DNA from: Candidatus Giovannonibacteria bacterium
GTDB lineage: Bacteria > Patescibacteriota > Minisyncoccia > UBA11713 > 2-01-FULL-45-33
Assembly: GCA_016432405.1 (NCBI GenBank)
Contig: CP066687.1
Coordinates: 347,040 to 411,039 of the forward strand
Direction: 5' to 3'
DNA: 64,000 nucleotides
This document shows, in pieces, positions 28,733 through 39,213 of the stretch (position 1 is its first letter; each line of letters starts with the position of its first letter). Below the pieces are notes generated by a model. The model had not been told where the DNA came from. It was given only the letters and a program-made list of their open reading frames with translations, and made no database searches. Position numbers and translations under genes: made by a program.

Positions 28733-30029
28733 TAAGGTGCGCACGCGATTTGCTCCGTCTCCGACAGGGTTTTTGCACGTTGGGGGGCTTCGCACGGCGC
28801 TGTATAATTATCTTTTCGCGAAGCAAAATGGAGGCAAATTTATTTTACGCATAGAAGATACTGACCGCGCGCGCACTGTGGAAGGAGCAGAAAAAAATAT
28901 TATTGAGACATTGCGGATTTTCGGACTGGGTTTTGACGAGGGACCGATTCGGCAATCCGATAATTTGGCAAAATATAAAAAATATTCCAAGGAATTGGTA
29001 GCCAAAGGCGCGGCTTACGAAGACGACAGCGCCGTCAGATTTAAAATGCCGAAGGACGGCGTAACTGTCTTTGCCGACATTATTCATGGCGAAATTCAAA
29101 TAGACAATAAGACGCAGGAAGATTTTGTGATTTTAAAATCGGACGGTTTCCCGACTTACAATTTGGCCCATTTGGTTGACGACCACGATATGGCCATAAC
29201 GCATGTCATCAGGGGGGACGAATTTATCTCTTCAATGCCGAAATACATCGCGCTGCATAAAGCATTCGGCTGGGAGCTTCCTCAATATGCCCACCTGCCG
29301 CTTCTTTTGGACAAAAACCGCGCCAAGCTTTCCAAGAGGGAAGGGGAGGTGGCGGTTCATGATTTTTTGGACGACGGATATCTCAAAGAGGCCGTTTTAA
29401 ATTTCGTTGCGCTTTTGGGATGGCACTCGAAAACCGATCAGGAAATTTTTTCATTGGAAGAGTTAATAAAAGAATTTAAGCTTGAGCGCGTTCAAAGAGC
29501 CGGCGCGATTTTTGATACTACGAAACTAGATTGGATGAACGGAGAATATATACAAAAAAAACCCTTAAAAGATTTGGTGGAATTAAGTAGGGGTTTTTTC
29601 CAATTTTCAATTTCCAATTTCCAATTTTCAAATGAATATTTAAAGAAAATCATCGCGCTGGAACAACCTCGCCTTAAAAAACTCTCGGAGCTTCCGGAAA
29701 AAACCAACTATTTTTTTAAAGAACCGGAATATGATGCCACGCTGTTAAAATGGAAAAATATGGATAATAAAGAAATTAAAAAATCGCTGGAAACCTCAAA
29801 AGAAATAATTTCCAATTTCCAATTTCCAATTTCCAAACACGACATAGAAAAAATATTTTTAGAGCGCGCAAAAAAGTTTAAAGATAGGGGAGAACTCTTA
29901 TGGCCCCTCCGGGTTGCCCTAACTGGCAAAAAGGCCTCCCCGGGCCCGTTTGAGATAATGGAGATTTTAGGAAAAGAAAAAAGCATCGCCCGCGTTGCCT
30001 CGGCTTTAAATATGCTAAAACCCCGTTAG
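28725..30029 (+). CDS. gltX: Glutamyl-tRNA synthetase
   Basis: RFAPSPTGFLHVG, KLSKR. Confidence 0.97.
   Translation: MNSKVRTRFAPSPTGFLHVGGLRTALYNYLFAKQNGGKFILRIEDTDRARTVEGAEKNIIETLRIFGLGFDEGPIRQSDNLAKYKKYSKELVAKGAAYEDDSAVRFKMPKDGVTVFADIIHGEIQIDNKTQEDFVILKSDGFPTYNLAHLVDDHDMAITHVIRGDEFISSMPKYIALHKAFGWELPQYAHLPLLLDKNRAKLSKREGEVAVHDFLDDGYLKEAVLNFVALLGWHSKTDQEIFSLEELIKEFKLERVQRAGAIFDTTKLDWMNGEYIQKKPLKDLVELSRGFFQFSISNFQFSNEYLKKIIALEQPRLKKLSELPEKTNYFFKEPEYDATLLKWKNMDNKEIKKSLETSKEIISNFQFPISKHDIEKIFLERAKKFKDRGELLWPLRVALTGKKASPGPFEIMEILGKEKSIARVASALNMLKPR
29598..29632. repeat. Heptamer (AATTTYC) tandem repeat in gltX; second copy at about 29806-29836
   Basis: Encodes FQFSISNFQFSN and ISNFQFPISK. Confidence 0.8.
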
Positions 30030-30061
30030 AAATATTATTTCTAATGAGGTAAAATAAGATT

Positions 30062-31306
30062 GTGAAGCCGAAATTTAAAATCATTATTATGGCGGCGCTT
30101 TTGGCGCTGGTTTTATATTCTCTCTCTTTCGCCGCCGAGTCGGATGATTTGAAAAGCCAGATTGACCAGAAAAACACGGAAATCCAGCAATTGGAGACGG
30201 AGATTAAGCAGTATCAGGAGGGTATAGAAGAAGCCGAGTCAACCGCCGATACTCTCAAGGGTGAGATAAAGCGGCTGGATAACGAAATTAAAAAATTAAA
30301 CGCGCAAATCTCGCTCACCCAAACGCGAATCTCAAAAAAAGAGCTGGAAATAAAAGAATTGGGCAAGAACATCACCGACACCTCGGCGTCCATAAAAAAC
30401 CGCCAAGCGGCGCTCGCCAAGATATTGGAAGGACTTAACGCAAGAGAGAGCGAGGGGACTTTGACCGCGCTTTTAAAATATGACACAATGTCGGATTTTT
30501 TTGACGAGCTTGAGCGCATTAAATCTTTAAATGAAAGCATCCGCGAAAATTACGAGGAATTAAAAATGCTGAAACTTAATCTGGAAGACCGCAAACAAAA
30601 AGCGGAGGCGGCCAGGCGGGATTTGAAAAATCTTCAGAACGAGCTTCTGGCGCACCGCGAAATCCAAAAAGACGCGAGGGCAGAAAAAAATAACTTGCTT
30701 GCCGCGACGAAAAACCAGGAAGCGCTTTACCAAAAACTGCTCCGGGACCGCGAAAAGCGCCGCGCAGAAATTTACGAAGAGATAAAGCAGATAGAAAACG
30801 AGCTTAAAAAACAGATAGATTTCGGCTCTTTGCCGACTTTTGGCAGCGGAATTCTTTTAAACCCGATTGATGGGGGAGTGATAACGCAAGAATTCGGCCG
30901 CACGTCGTTTTCCAGATACACCGACGTTTACGGCAACGGTTTTCATAACGGAATTGATTTTAGGGCTGCGGTCGGCACGCCGATAAGAGCGGCTGACGGC
31001 GGCGTTGTTAAAGCCACCGGCAACACAGATTACATTTGCCCCAGGGGCTCATACGGCAAATGGGTCTTAATTGACCACCCAAACAAACTGGCGACTCTTT
31101 ACGCGCACCTTTCTTTGGTGCGCGTAGGCCCTCGCCAAGAAGTAGGAAAAGGTGATATAATTGGATATAGCGGAAACAGCGGTTATACCACCGGTCCGCA
31201 CCTTCATTTTACCGTTTACGACGCGCGCACGGTGCAGTTGAGAAAAAGCCGCGTCTGCGGGGTTTTGCCATATGGAGGATACCTTGACCCCGCAAATTAT
31301 TTATAA
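30062..31306 (+). CDS. Coiled-coil M23 peptidase (EnvC/MepM-like)
   Basis: Signal peptide, long coiled coil, HNGID, YAHL, GPHLHF. Confidence 0.9.
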   Translation: MKPKFKIIIMAALLALVLYSLSFAAESDDLKSQIDQKNTEIQQLETEIKQYQEGIEEAESTADTLKGEIKRLDNEIKKLNAQISLTQTRISKKELEIKELGKNITDTSASIKNRQAALAKILEGLNARESEGTLTALLKYDTMSDFFDELERIKSLNESIRENYEELKMLKLNLEDRKQKAEAARRDLKNLQNELLAHREIQKDARAEKNNLLAATKNQEALYQKLLRDREKRRAEIYEEIKQIENELKKQIDFGSLPTFGSGILLNPIDGGVITQEFGRTSFSRYTDVYGNGFHNGIDFRAAVGTPIRAADGGVVKATGNTDYICPRGSYGKWVLIDHPNKLATLYAHLSLVRVGPRQEVGKGDIIGYSGNSGYTTGPHLHFTVYDARTVQLRKSRVCGVLPYGGYLDPANYL

Positions 31307-31331
31307 ATTATATATAAAAATTCAATAAAAA

Positions 31332-31613
31332 ATGCGAAAACAGGGCTTTATACAAATAATAATCATAGCGGTGCTTTTGGTGATAATATTGAGCTTGCTT
31401 GGGGTTTCCTTAAACTCGCTTTTTTCCAATCCGGTTCTTCGGGAAAACTTCGGTTTTTTGGGGCAGTGGCTGGGGATACTTTGGGATAATTATTTTTCCG
31501 CGATTTTTAACTATTTTTGGAACATCTGGGTCAGCATTTTCTGGCAGCCATTTTTGGATACGATGAAAGGGCTTCAGAAAGGTATAAATCCTTTTACTCC
31601 AACAAACCCCTAA
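31332..31613 (+). CDS. Small membrane protein
   Basis: Hydrophobic N-terminus QGFIQIIIIA (pilin-like). Confidence 0.6.
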   Translation: MRKQGFIQIIIIAVLLVIILSLLGVSLNSLFSNPVLRENFGFLGQWLGILWDNYFSAIFNYFWNIWVSIFWQPFLDTMKGLQKGINPFTPTNP

Positions 31614-31657
31614 GCTAAGGGTCGTAAAAGATATAATGTGCGACGTATAATATACGT

Positions 31658-32842
31658 ATGCGAACCTCCTACTCCGCGCTGGCGACGTACCAGCAATGCC
31701 CGCAGAAGTTTAAATTTGAAGTAATAGACAAAATAAAAGCGCCAAAGTCGCCGGAGGCGCTTTTTGGAAGTTCCATGCATGGGGCGCTTAAATTTATGTT
31801 TTCGCGCGACCCTCTGTTCCCCACCCTAGACGAGGTTTTAATTAATTTTTCCGAGAATTGGAAAAATGCCGCAGCCAAAGCGTCCAAATCCTTGGCATCA
31901 GAACTCGCGAAAATCTACGACGAAAGCGGGCGGAAGATGCTCAAAGAGTTTTTTAAATCAAACCCGCCGTGGAATTTCTCCGTCGTGGACACGGAATCAC
32001 GCTTTGAGGTTTTACTGTCGGACACCCAGACCCAGGAAACTCATATTTTGGCCGGCATCATAGACCGGATTGATAAAATCGGCGACGGCGAATATGAAAT
32101 TATAGATTATAAAACGAATAGAAAGCTCCCATCGCAGGAGGCGGCCGACCGGAATCTACAGATGTCGCTTTACCATATGGCGCTTACGCGCAGATGGCCA
32201 AGCATTTCTCCGGATAAAATCAAGCTCTCGCTTTATTTTTTAAAACACGACGAAAAAATATCTTCAAAAAGATCCGCGGAAAATTTAAAGACCACGAGGG
32301 ATTCCGTTTTAAAAACAATCAGGCAGATAAGCCAAAGCCAGGCGCAAGATAACTTCCCCACCATTGTCTCCAAGCTTTGCGACTGGTGCCCCTATAAGCC
32401 GATTTGTCCGGCCTGGAGGCATTTATATGAAAAAACAGAATACCCTGCTCCAGATGAGGCAGCATTGCAGAGCGCGCTTAGGGAATATTTTACAATCAAA
32501 GAAACGGACAATAAAAACGCGGCGCGCGTTAAAGAATTGCAAGAGATTATAAAAACCTATATGGATGCCCAGAAGATTGACCGCGTTTTTGACGAACGCG
32601 GATATTATATTTCAAAAAAACTTCAACAGAGGTTTAAATATGATTTTGACAAGGTAAAAGAAATTTTAACCGCCGCTGGTTTGGAAAGCGCGTGGCAGAG
32701 CATATTGGAAGCGGACGATAAAAAACTAAAGATAATTCTTAAAACCCTCTCCCCCGCCCTCCGTGCCCAGATTGAATCGCAAAAGATTTTAGCAAAAGAA
32801 TTTATCGTTTTAACTCCCTCATCAAAGCCGGCGAAAAAATAA
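31658..32842 (+). CDS. PD-(D/E)XK RecB/AddB-family nuclease
   Basis: SYS..YQQCP, GIIDRID, IIDYKT, CDWCPYKPIC. Confidence 0.9.
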   Translation: MRTSYSALATYQQCPQKFKFEVIDKIKAPKSPEALFGSSMHGALKFMFSRDPLFPTLDEVLINFSENWKNAAAKASKSLASELAKIYDESGRKMLKEFFKSNPPWNFSVVDTESRFEVLLSDTQTQETHILAGIIDRIDKIGDGEYEIIDYKTNRKLPSQEAADRNLQMSLYHMALTRRWPSISPDKIKLSLYFLKHDEKISSKRSAENLKTTRDSVLKTIRQISQSQAQDNFPTIVSKLCDWCPYKPICPAWRHLYEKTEYPAPDEAALQSALREYFTIKETDNKNAARVKELQEIIKTYMDAQKIDRVFDERGYYISKKLQQRFKYDFDKVKEILTAAGLESAWQSILEADDKKLKIILKTLSPALRAQIESQKILAKEFIVLTPSSKPAKK

Positions 32843-32851
32843 AAAGGAGGG

Positions 32852-33358
32852 TCAGAACCCTCCTCCAGTGTTCAAATATACCTCAACTGCGGACGCATGA
32901 CTCCCAACTACAAATAAAACGTCTCCGATGCTGAATGCCATAGTTGGGTCTCGCAATTGCAATATATCCCCCAAAAACCGTAGCTTGGTTTTTTCATTAA
33001 TTGGTGCGTACCGCTCTTGTTCAATCGGATCGGCTGTTTCAAATACTCTAGCAGGAGTAGGCATTTTCATGCCATTCAATACAATTATCAAGTAATTAAA
33101 TAGCACGCCAGCCGAAGTTAAAAAGGCAGATACCCTGATTTCGTCAAAAAATATCCCTAATCCGAGAAACGCGGCCGCAAGAAGGATTTTTCTGGCCTTC
33201 CTGCTTTCTATAAGATCCCCGAGCAGATATACTGCGGCCCCAACCGGCGCAATCAATAGGATATTGCCGATTTTTATGGACAACACATACAGTGTTGATA
33301 TGCAAAAAACAGCAAAACCAAACTCTAGAATTTTTCGTATAACCAACTTTTCCGACAT
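32852..33358 (-). CDS. DUF5317-like membrane protein
   Basis: NGMKMP, LRFLGD, FSIGDVL; SD TAAGGAGGGCT. Confidence 0.65.
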   Translation of the reverse strand: MSEKLVIRKILEFGFAVFCISTLYVLSIKIGNILLIAPVGAAVYLLGDLIESRKARKILLAAAFLGLGIFFDEIRVSAFLTSAGVLFNYLIIVLNGMKMPTPARVFETADPIEQERYAPINEKTKLRFLGDILQLRDPTMAFSIGDVLFVVGSHASAVEVYLNTGGGF

Positions 33359-33445
33359 TTGTTAGCCCTCCTTATTCGGAATTCGGGTTTCTTTACATAG
33401 CTAAGCATATGAACAATAGATTGTCAACAAGATGTGGTACTACCC

Positions 33446-33481
33446 TCCGCTGTCCGACACTTAGTTTCGGACATGACCCCG
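33446..33481. repeat. 36-bp hairpin element, exact inverted copy of 43783-43818
   Basis: TCCGCTGTCCGACACTTAGTTTCGGACATGACCCCG. Confidence 0.9.
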
Positions 33482-33562
33482 GACGATAAAAAATTAAAAA
33501 AGAATTTACGGTGTTGACTTCTTCTACAAGGCCTGTAAACTTGGGATAGAAAGGAGAGTTCA

Positions 33563-34432
33563 ATGAAAATTCTTTTACACGAGGATATTCCTCGCTGGTA
33601 TAGCTTTGAATGGCAGGACAAGCCACCGCGAATACTTGTGTCGATTCACAAACGTTTCTTGGAGCATCTGCGGCCTTATCCAGATGGAGATAGCACCATT
33701 GAGCATCTCAAAGAAGAATTCGGTTTTACAAAGTTTGACTGGAGTTTCCGAAAAGGTTTTGGGTTTGACGACGCGATACGGCTCGTCAAAGATGAAGAAT
33801 TTAAAGTTTTTGAGGCAAGGTTGCCGAAAGTGTTTCAACTGACCGATAAGGTTTGTCGAAATTGTGAAGGCACTGGGCGCGATGAGCTCCGTGGCGGAAA
33901 GTGTCTTTATTGCGAAGGGAAGAAAAAAGAGCACGATTATGTTTGGACTCCAGCTTTCGCTGTTTCGTGCAGCTTGAACCTTTTTCTTGACTCCGCCTAT
34001 TACTTCCAAGAATCTTCTGGAACACCCAAAAAACAGCTTCTGTGCGTCCAATTGCATACTGCTCATGGTATGCATGGTGGAGAGTTGAGCGGTGTATATA
34101 GTCCTTCATTGGTGGAATGGCTTAGAGCGCACCGAGGCCGTATTCCAGAGATGGAAGATGCGATGCGTAGAGCATACGTTAGAATGCTTAGGGCTGATTA
34201 TCTGGATAACTTAAGCTTTATAGCTTCAGTAGAAAACGATAAAGGTTGGCTCAATGTCTCGTGCCCCGGAAGCGCCTGCGGGTTACATCCAACGGATCAT
34301 TTTATGCGCGACGGATATGGTTTTCAATTCAGCTCCCATAACGTGGACACGCCCGCCCAACAATTGACATTGCTAGCAGGGCTGGCGGCTCTCTATAATA
34401 AAGTTGATCAAGATCTCAAGGCAGGGCGCTAA
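33563..34432 (+). CDS. Orphan protein with DnaJ-type Zn-finger motif
   Basis: CRNCEGTG...CLYCEG; promoter TTGACT-16-TAAACT, SD AAAGGAG. Confidence 0.7.
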   Translation: MKILLHEDIPRWYSFEWQDKPPRILVSIHKRFLEHLRPYPDGDSTIEHLKEEFGFTKFDWSFRKGFGFDDAIRLVKDEEFKVFEARLPKVFQLTDKVCRNCEGTGRDELRGGKCLYCEGKKKEHDYVWTPAFAVSCSLNLFLDSAYYFQESSGTPKKQLLCVQLHTAHGMHGGELSGVYSPSLVEWLRAHRGRIPEMEDAMRRAYVRMLRADYLDNLSFIASVENDKGWLNVSCPGSACGLHPTDHFMRDGYGFQFSSHNVDTPAQQLTLLAGLAALYNKVDQDLKAGR

Positions 34433-34475
34433 CGCCTTGCTTTTATTTTTAATTGATGATAAGTTATTAACTAAT

Positions 34476-34748
34476 ATGGCGCATACGAAGGCGGGAGGGT
34501 CAACGCAAAATAACAGGGATTCGCAGCCCAAGTTTCTGGGCATTAAATTATACGCCGGGGAGAAAGCCAAGCCCGGTGCGATTTTGGTGCGCCAGCGCGG
34601 CACGAAATTCATACCCGGAGCGGGAGCCAAAATCGGCAAAGACGACACAATTTACGCAGTGACGGAAGGAATTGTAAAATACGAAACCAAACGAAAAATC
34701 AGGTTTGACGGCTCAAAGAAGCAGATTCACAAAGTATCTGTAGTTTGA
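34476..34748 (+). CDS. rpmA: 50S ribosomal protein L27
   Basis: MAHTKAGGSTQNNRDS, ILVRQRGT. Confidence 0.97.
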   Translation: MAHTKAGGSTQNNRDSQPKFLGIKLYAGEKAKPGAILVRQRGTKFIPGAGAKIGKDDTIYAVTEGIVKYETKRKIRFDGSKKQIHKVSVV

Positions 34749-35169
34749 TTTCTTCGTTCCCCAGCACTATTTTGGCATCGTGCTTGCCGGTTGTTTTGAT
34801 CGGCTCTGCAATTTTCACCATATCCTCATTTAAATTTGCCGACAGAGGGAAACCTAACACCTTCATCGCGTCCAAAATTTCTTTCGCAGAGACGGCAGCG
34901 TATAATTTTCCATTTTTGTAGGCCTTTTTTCTGACCACTATCCCCTGCTCCGCAAGAACGGTTTTTAAAGCGCGGAATTCTTCGTGAGCATGCTCTCTTT
35001 GCGTTTTTTTGCTTTTTACCTCCGCCTCCGTCTTTTTTATGTTTTCCTCTGTCGCCGGCGCCGCGAGATTTCTCGGGATTAAAAAATTCCGCGCGTATCC
35101 GTCGGAGACGTTTTTAATATCCCCTCTTTGGCCGAGCTTGGCCACGTCTTTTAACATTATGATTTTCAT
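34699..35169 (-). CDS. rplI: 50S ribosomal protein L9
   Basis: DVAKLGQRG, VSDGYARNFLIP. Confidence 0.95.
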   Translation of the reverse strand: MKIIMLKDVAKLGQRGDIKNVSDGYARNFLIPRNLAAPATEENIKKTEAEVKSKKTQREHAHEEFRALKTVLAEQGIVVRKKAYKNGKLYAAVSAKEILDAMKVLGFPLSANLNEDMVKIAEPIKTTGKHDAKIVLGNEEIKLQILCESASLSRQT

Positions 35170-36425
35170 TTCCAGTTGTTTAAAATTTCCACTGCGCGTT
35201 CCATAACCGGGTCTCTTCCGGTGTTCGTGTCTTCTTTTGTTACTTTAACTTCAATATCCGGCGCAAGACCGCCCTCGGAGATAGATTGTCCTTTGGGCGT
35301 GAGCCATTTGGCTATGGTGACTTTCAGGGAAGTGTCCGCGGTAAGCGGAACCAGTTCCTGCACGGAAGCTTTCCCGAACGTCCGCTCGCCGACAAGTTTA
35401 GCGATGCTGTGGTCGCGCAAGGCACCAGCCAAAATTTCGGAAGCCGAAGCGGAGCCCTGATTTACCAATATGACTATCGGGGTGTTTTTAAATACGTAGT
35501 ATCCCCTGCTCCGGTGGATTATTTTTTCCGATTTTCCCCCGAAATCTTCCTGCACGACAACTTCTCCCTGCGGCAAGAACCAGCTGGCCATGTCCACCGC
35601 TGCTTCCAGATAGCCCCCGGGGTTGTTGCGCAAATCTATAATGAGTTTGGTGCGGCCTTTTTCAAGCATTTCCCGAAGAGCGTCCCTGAATTTTCCCGGA
35701 GAGTTTTCAGAAAAATTATAAAGCTTGATTATGAAAATATCCCCCAAATCCCTTTCTCCTTCCCCTCCCCTCCCGGCGCCGGCGGTTTTGGTTCCCGTAT
35801 CCACTACCGGTATTTTAATCACATCGCGCGTGATTTCTATAATGCGGCTTTCATCTTCTCCGTTTCTCAAAATAGTCAACTTTACTTTTGTGCCCTTCGG
35901 GCCGCGGATAAGGCCTACCGCCCTTTCAACGCTTAGGTCGGAAGTGATGCGGTCGTCTATTTTAAGAATTTTGTCCCCCGCTTTGATGCCCGCTTTCTCC
36001 GCAGGCGTGCTTTTTAACGGCGCTACGACTATCAAAACCTCCCGCCTTATGGCAATTTCCATCCCTACGCCTTCAAATTCCCCTTTTATGTCACTTTTGA
36101 AAATTTTATTTTCTTCCGGAGCAAAAAACACTGTGTAGGGGTCGCCCAAGGATTTAACCATCCCAGCTATCGCGCCGTAAATCATCTCTTTTCTTTTAAC
36201 TTTGTCTATGTCCACGAATTTTCCCTCCGCGATATTCCAAGCGTGCCAAAATTCCGAAAAGTCAACTTCTTCCCTGTCCGTGCCTATTTGCGGCGTTGTG
36301 TTCACAACGCCGACTAATTTGCTTGCAGCCGGCGTTTTTACGCCAAAATAAAACCCAACAGCGAAGGTTGAGGCCAAAATTAAGGCCGCGATGAACGCTA
36401 AGCCGAAGCGTTTTTTTATGTCCAT
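35166..36425 (-). CDS. C-terminal processing protease (S41, PDZ)
   Basis: DPYT, DLRNNPGG, SASASEI, TFGK. Confidence 0.93.
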   Translation of the reverse strand: MDIKKRFGLAFIAALILASTFAVGFYFGVKTPAASKLVGVVNTTPQIGTDREEVDFSEFWHAWNIAEGKFVDIDKVKRKEMIYGAIAGMVKSLGDPYTVFFAPEENKIFKSDIKGEFEGVGMEIAIRREVLIVVAPLKSTPAEKAGIKAGDKILKIDDRITSDLSVERAVGLIRGPKGTKVKLTILRNGEDESRIIEITRDVIKIPVVDTGTKTAGAGRGGEGERDLGDIFIIKLYNFSENSPGKFRDALREMLEKGRTKLIIDLRNNPGGYLEAAVDMASWFLPQGEVVVQEDFGGKSEKIIHRSRGYYVFKNTPIVILVNQGSASASEILAGALRDHSIAKLVGERTFGKASVQELVPLTADTSLKVTIAKWLTPKGQSISEGGLAPDIEVKVTKEDTNTGRDPVMERAVEILNNWK

Positions 36426-36469
36426 ATTCGGCTATTATCGCAAAATTTTTTTTGTAGTACAATAGTGTA

Positions 36470-37798
36470 ATGCCGCCGCTTAAAATTTATAATTTTCTAA
36501 GCCGGAAAAAAGAAGTTTTCAGGCCTATAAAGAAAGGGCTGGTCGGTTTTTACGCCTGCGGGCCGACGGTATACGACTACGCCCATATCGGAAACCTCCG
36601 CACCTATATTTTTGAAGATGTTTTGCGGCGCACTCTTGAATACGCGGGATATAAGCTAAAACACGTGATGAATATTACGGATGTGGATGATAAAATAATC
36701 GCCCGCGCGCGCTTGGCCCAAAAAAACATCGGCGATTTCTCCGCGCCGTATAAAACGGCGTTTTTTGGTGACATTAAAAAAATAAATATTTTGCCGGCTT
36801 GGAAATATCCTGAAGCGACCAGGCATATTCCGGAGATGGTTAAGATGGCGAAGCGGCTGCTCCGAAAAAAGATTGCTTATCCCGCGAAAGACGGAATTTA
36901 TTTTGACATTTCAAAATTCAAGTCCTATGGCCGGCTGGCGAACCCGAGGCCGGGCGACAGAAAAGATTTTGTCATTTGGAAGTACGCCAAAAAGAATGAG
37001 CCCTTTTGGAGGTCGCCGTTCGGCCCCGGGCGGCCCGGGTGGCATCTGGAGTGCTCGGCAATGTCAATGAAATATCTGGGAGAGAGTTTTGATATCCACG
37101 CGGGCGGGGTTGATTTACTTTTTCCGCACCACGAAAACGAGATTGCGCAGTCAGAGGGCGCGACTGGCAAAAAATTCGTAAAGTACTTTGTTGAGGGCGA
37201 GCATCTTTTGGTGAACGGCAAGAAAATGTCAAAATCGCTCGGCAATATTTTTACTTTGCGCGATTTGGAGCGGCGAAATTTTAATCCCCTCGCTTTTCGC
37301 TACCTCGTTCTCTCCGCTCATTACCGCTCGCAACTTAATTTCACTTGGGAGTCGCTTAAGGCGGCGGAGAATTCGCTGGAGAGATTGCAGGAGTTTGTGC
37401 TATCGCTTAAATTGACCGAAACTAAGTTTCGGTCAATTACTGACCGAAACTTAGTTTCGGGCAAAGCTTTTCAAAAAGCCATCTGTGACGACCTAAACAC
37501 CCCAAAAGCGCTTGCTGTGGTGTATGCCGTGATGAACGAATATTATACAAATAAGGAAAAATTTGATGCGCGAGCCGTTCTGGCCCTTTTATATGATTTT
37601 GACAAGGTTTTGGGGCTTGGATTGGCCGGTATAGCACCAAAGGCCCCGCCGCCGGAAGCGTTAAAATTGTTGAAAGAGCGCGAGGCGGCAAGAAAATCGG
37701 GCGATTTTAAGAAAGCCGATAAAATTCGTGAAAAAATAAGGCGTTTGGGCTGGCAAATCAAAGATACGCGAACCGGCCCCGAACTTATTCACGCATAA
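36470..37798 (+). CDS. cysS: Cysteinyl-tRNA synthetase
   Basis: CGPTVYDYAHIGN, GRPGWHLECSAM, KMSKS. Confidence 0.97.
   Translation: MPPLKIYNFLSRKKEVFRPIKKGLVGFYACGPTVYDYAHIGNLRTYIFEDVLRRTLEYAGYKLKHVMNITDVDDKIIARARLAQKNIGDFSAPYKTAFFGDIKKINILPAWKYPEATRHIPEMVKMAKRLLRKKIAYPAKDGIYFDISKFKSYGRLANPRPGDRKDFVIWKYAKKNEPFWRSPFGPGRPGWHLECSAMSMKYLGESFDIHAGGVDLLFPHHENEIAQSEGATGKKFVKYFVEGEHLLVNGKKMSKSLGNIFTLRDLERRNFNPLAFRYLVLSAHYRSQLNFTWESLKAAENSLERLQEFVLSLKLTETKFRSITDRNLVSGKAFQKAICDDLNTPKALAVVYAVMNEYYTNKEKFDARAVLALLYDFDKVLGLGLAGIAPKAPPPEALKLLKEREAARKSGDFKKADKIREKIRRLGWQIKDTRTGPELIHA
37416..37460. repeat. 45-bp palindromic element in frame in cysS
   Basis: CCGAAACTAAGTTTCGGTCA-ATTAC-TGACCGAAACTTAGTTTCGG. 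Confidence 0.9.
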
Positions 37799-37860
37799 TT
37801 CACTTTTGATTCACCCCGCGGCTATTGCATTTAAGTATTTAAATATTTAAAATGTAGGTA

Positions 37861-39213
37861 ATGGCGCAGGTATTTTCACCTTTCAGCGTTTCGCGGATGC
37901 CCCCGCAGAGTTTGGACGCGGAGATTTCGCTTTTGGGCTCAATTTTGCTGGATGGCGGCACGATTGACCGCGTTGCCGACATTGTGAGCCATGAAGATTT
38001 TTATAAAAAAGAGCATCAGATAATTTTTGACGCCGCGATTTCCCTTTTTCAAAAAAGGAGCCCGATAGACGTGCTTACCGTGGGCGATGTTGTGAAGGCG
38101 GAAGGCAAATTGGATGAGATCGGAGGCAACGCTTACCTTACAACGCTCGTAAACAGCGTCCCGACTGCGTCCAACGCCGTTTATTACGCCGAAATCGTCA
38201 GAAAAAAGAAAATTCTGCGCGACCTAATTTCGGTTTCTCACGAGATTTCGCAAATGGGCTATCAGGAGGGCGAAGACGTGAATCTTTTGATGGACGAGGC
38301 GGAAAAGCGCATTTTCGCGATTTCCCAAAAATCTCTAATTAAGGGTTTTGAACCGGTATCCGGGGCGTTGGAAGAGGCATGGGAGAGGATAGATAAGATT
38401 CATAAAACGGGAGGGCTTCTGCGCGGAGTGCCCACCGGATTTAAGGTGCTGGATAACAAGCTTTCCGGCCTTCAGCGCTCTGATTTCATAGTTTTGGCCG
38501 CCCGCCCGTCCTTGGGTAAAACGGCTTTGGCGATGGATATTGCCAGGCACGCGGCGCTTGAAGAAGGAGTCCCGGTGGGAATTTTTTCTTTGGAAATGTC
38601 AAAAGAGCAGCTGGTGGACCGACTGATTGCGGCCGAAGCGCAGGTGAATTTGTGGGATTTGCGGACGGGCCGGCTTTCCTCGGAGGACGAATTTGAGATG
38701 ATTCGCGATGCCATGGGCAGATTAAACAGCGCGCCTCTTTACATTGATGATGACGTGTCTATTAATATTCTTCAGATGCGCGCCAAAGCAAGAAGGTTGC
38801 AGACGGAAAAAGGCCTCGGGCTTTTGATTGTGGATTATCTCCAGCTTATGGTGCCCAGAATCCAATCCGACAGCATGGTTCAGCAGATTACGGAAATTTC
38901 GCGCTCGCTTAAGGCGCTGGCAAGGGAGCTTAAAGTCCCTGTTTTGGCAATTTCCCAGCTTAGCCGCGCAGTGGAATCCCGCCCGAATAAAAAACCCCAG
39001 CTTTCGGATTTGCGCGAATCCGGCGCGATTGAGCAGGACGCCGACGTTGTCGCATTTATTTACCGCGAAGACAAGGTGAAAGAAAATTCGGACAGAAAAA
39101 ACCAGGCCGATATCATTATCGCCAAGCACAGGAACGGCCCGACTGGCGAGGTTCCTTTGTATTTCAATCAGGAGAAAGCCAGCTTTACCTCCATAGAAAC
39201 CAGTGAATTCTGA
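37861..39213 (+). CDS. dnaB: Replicative DNA helicase
   Basis: AARPSLGKT, VDYLQL, LSDLRESGAIEQDAD. Confidence 0.98.
   Translation: MAQVFSPFSVSRMPPQSLDAEISLLGSILLDGGTIDRVADIVSHEDFYKKEHQIIFDAAISLFQKRSPIDVLTVGDVVKAEGKLDEIGGNAYLTTLVNSVPTASNAVYYAEIVRKKKILRDLISVSHEISQMGYQEGEDVNLLMDEAEKRIFAISQKSLIKGFEPVSGALEEAWERIDKIHKTGGLLRGVPTGFKVLDNKLSGLQRSDFIVLAARPSLGKTALAMDIARHAALEEGVPVGIFSLEMSKEQLVDRLIAAEAQVNLWDLRTGRLSSEDEFEMIRDAMGRLNSAPLYIDDDVSINILQMRAKARRLQTEKGLGLLIVDYLQLMVPRIQSDSMVQQITEISRSLKALARELKVPVLAISQLSRAVESRPNKKPQLSDLRESGAIEQDADVVAFIYREDKVKENSDRKNQADIIIAKHRNGPTGEVPLYFNQEKASFTSIETSEF

Noticed and set aside
34699-34748. Convergent 3' overlaps (rpmA/rplI, recR/rplU, fmt/ROK, GT/ftsQ-like)
   Set aside because: Short tail-to-tail overlaps are expected in compact genomes.
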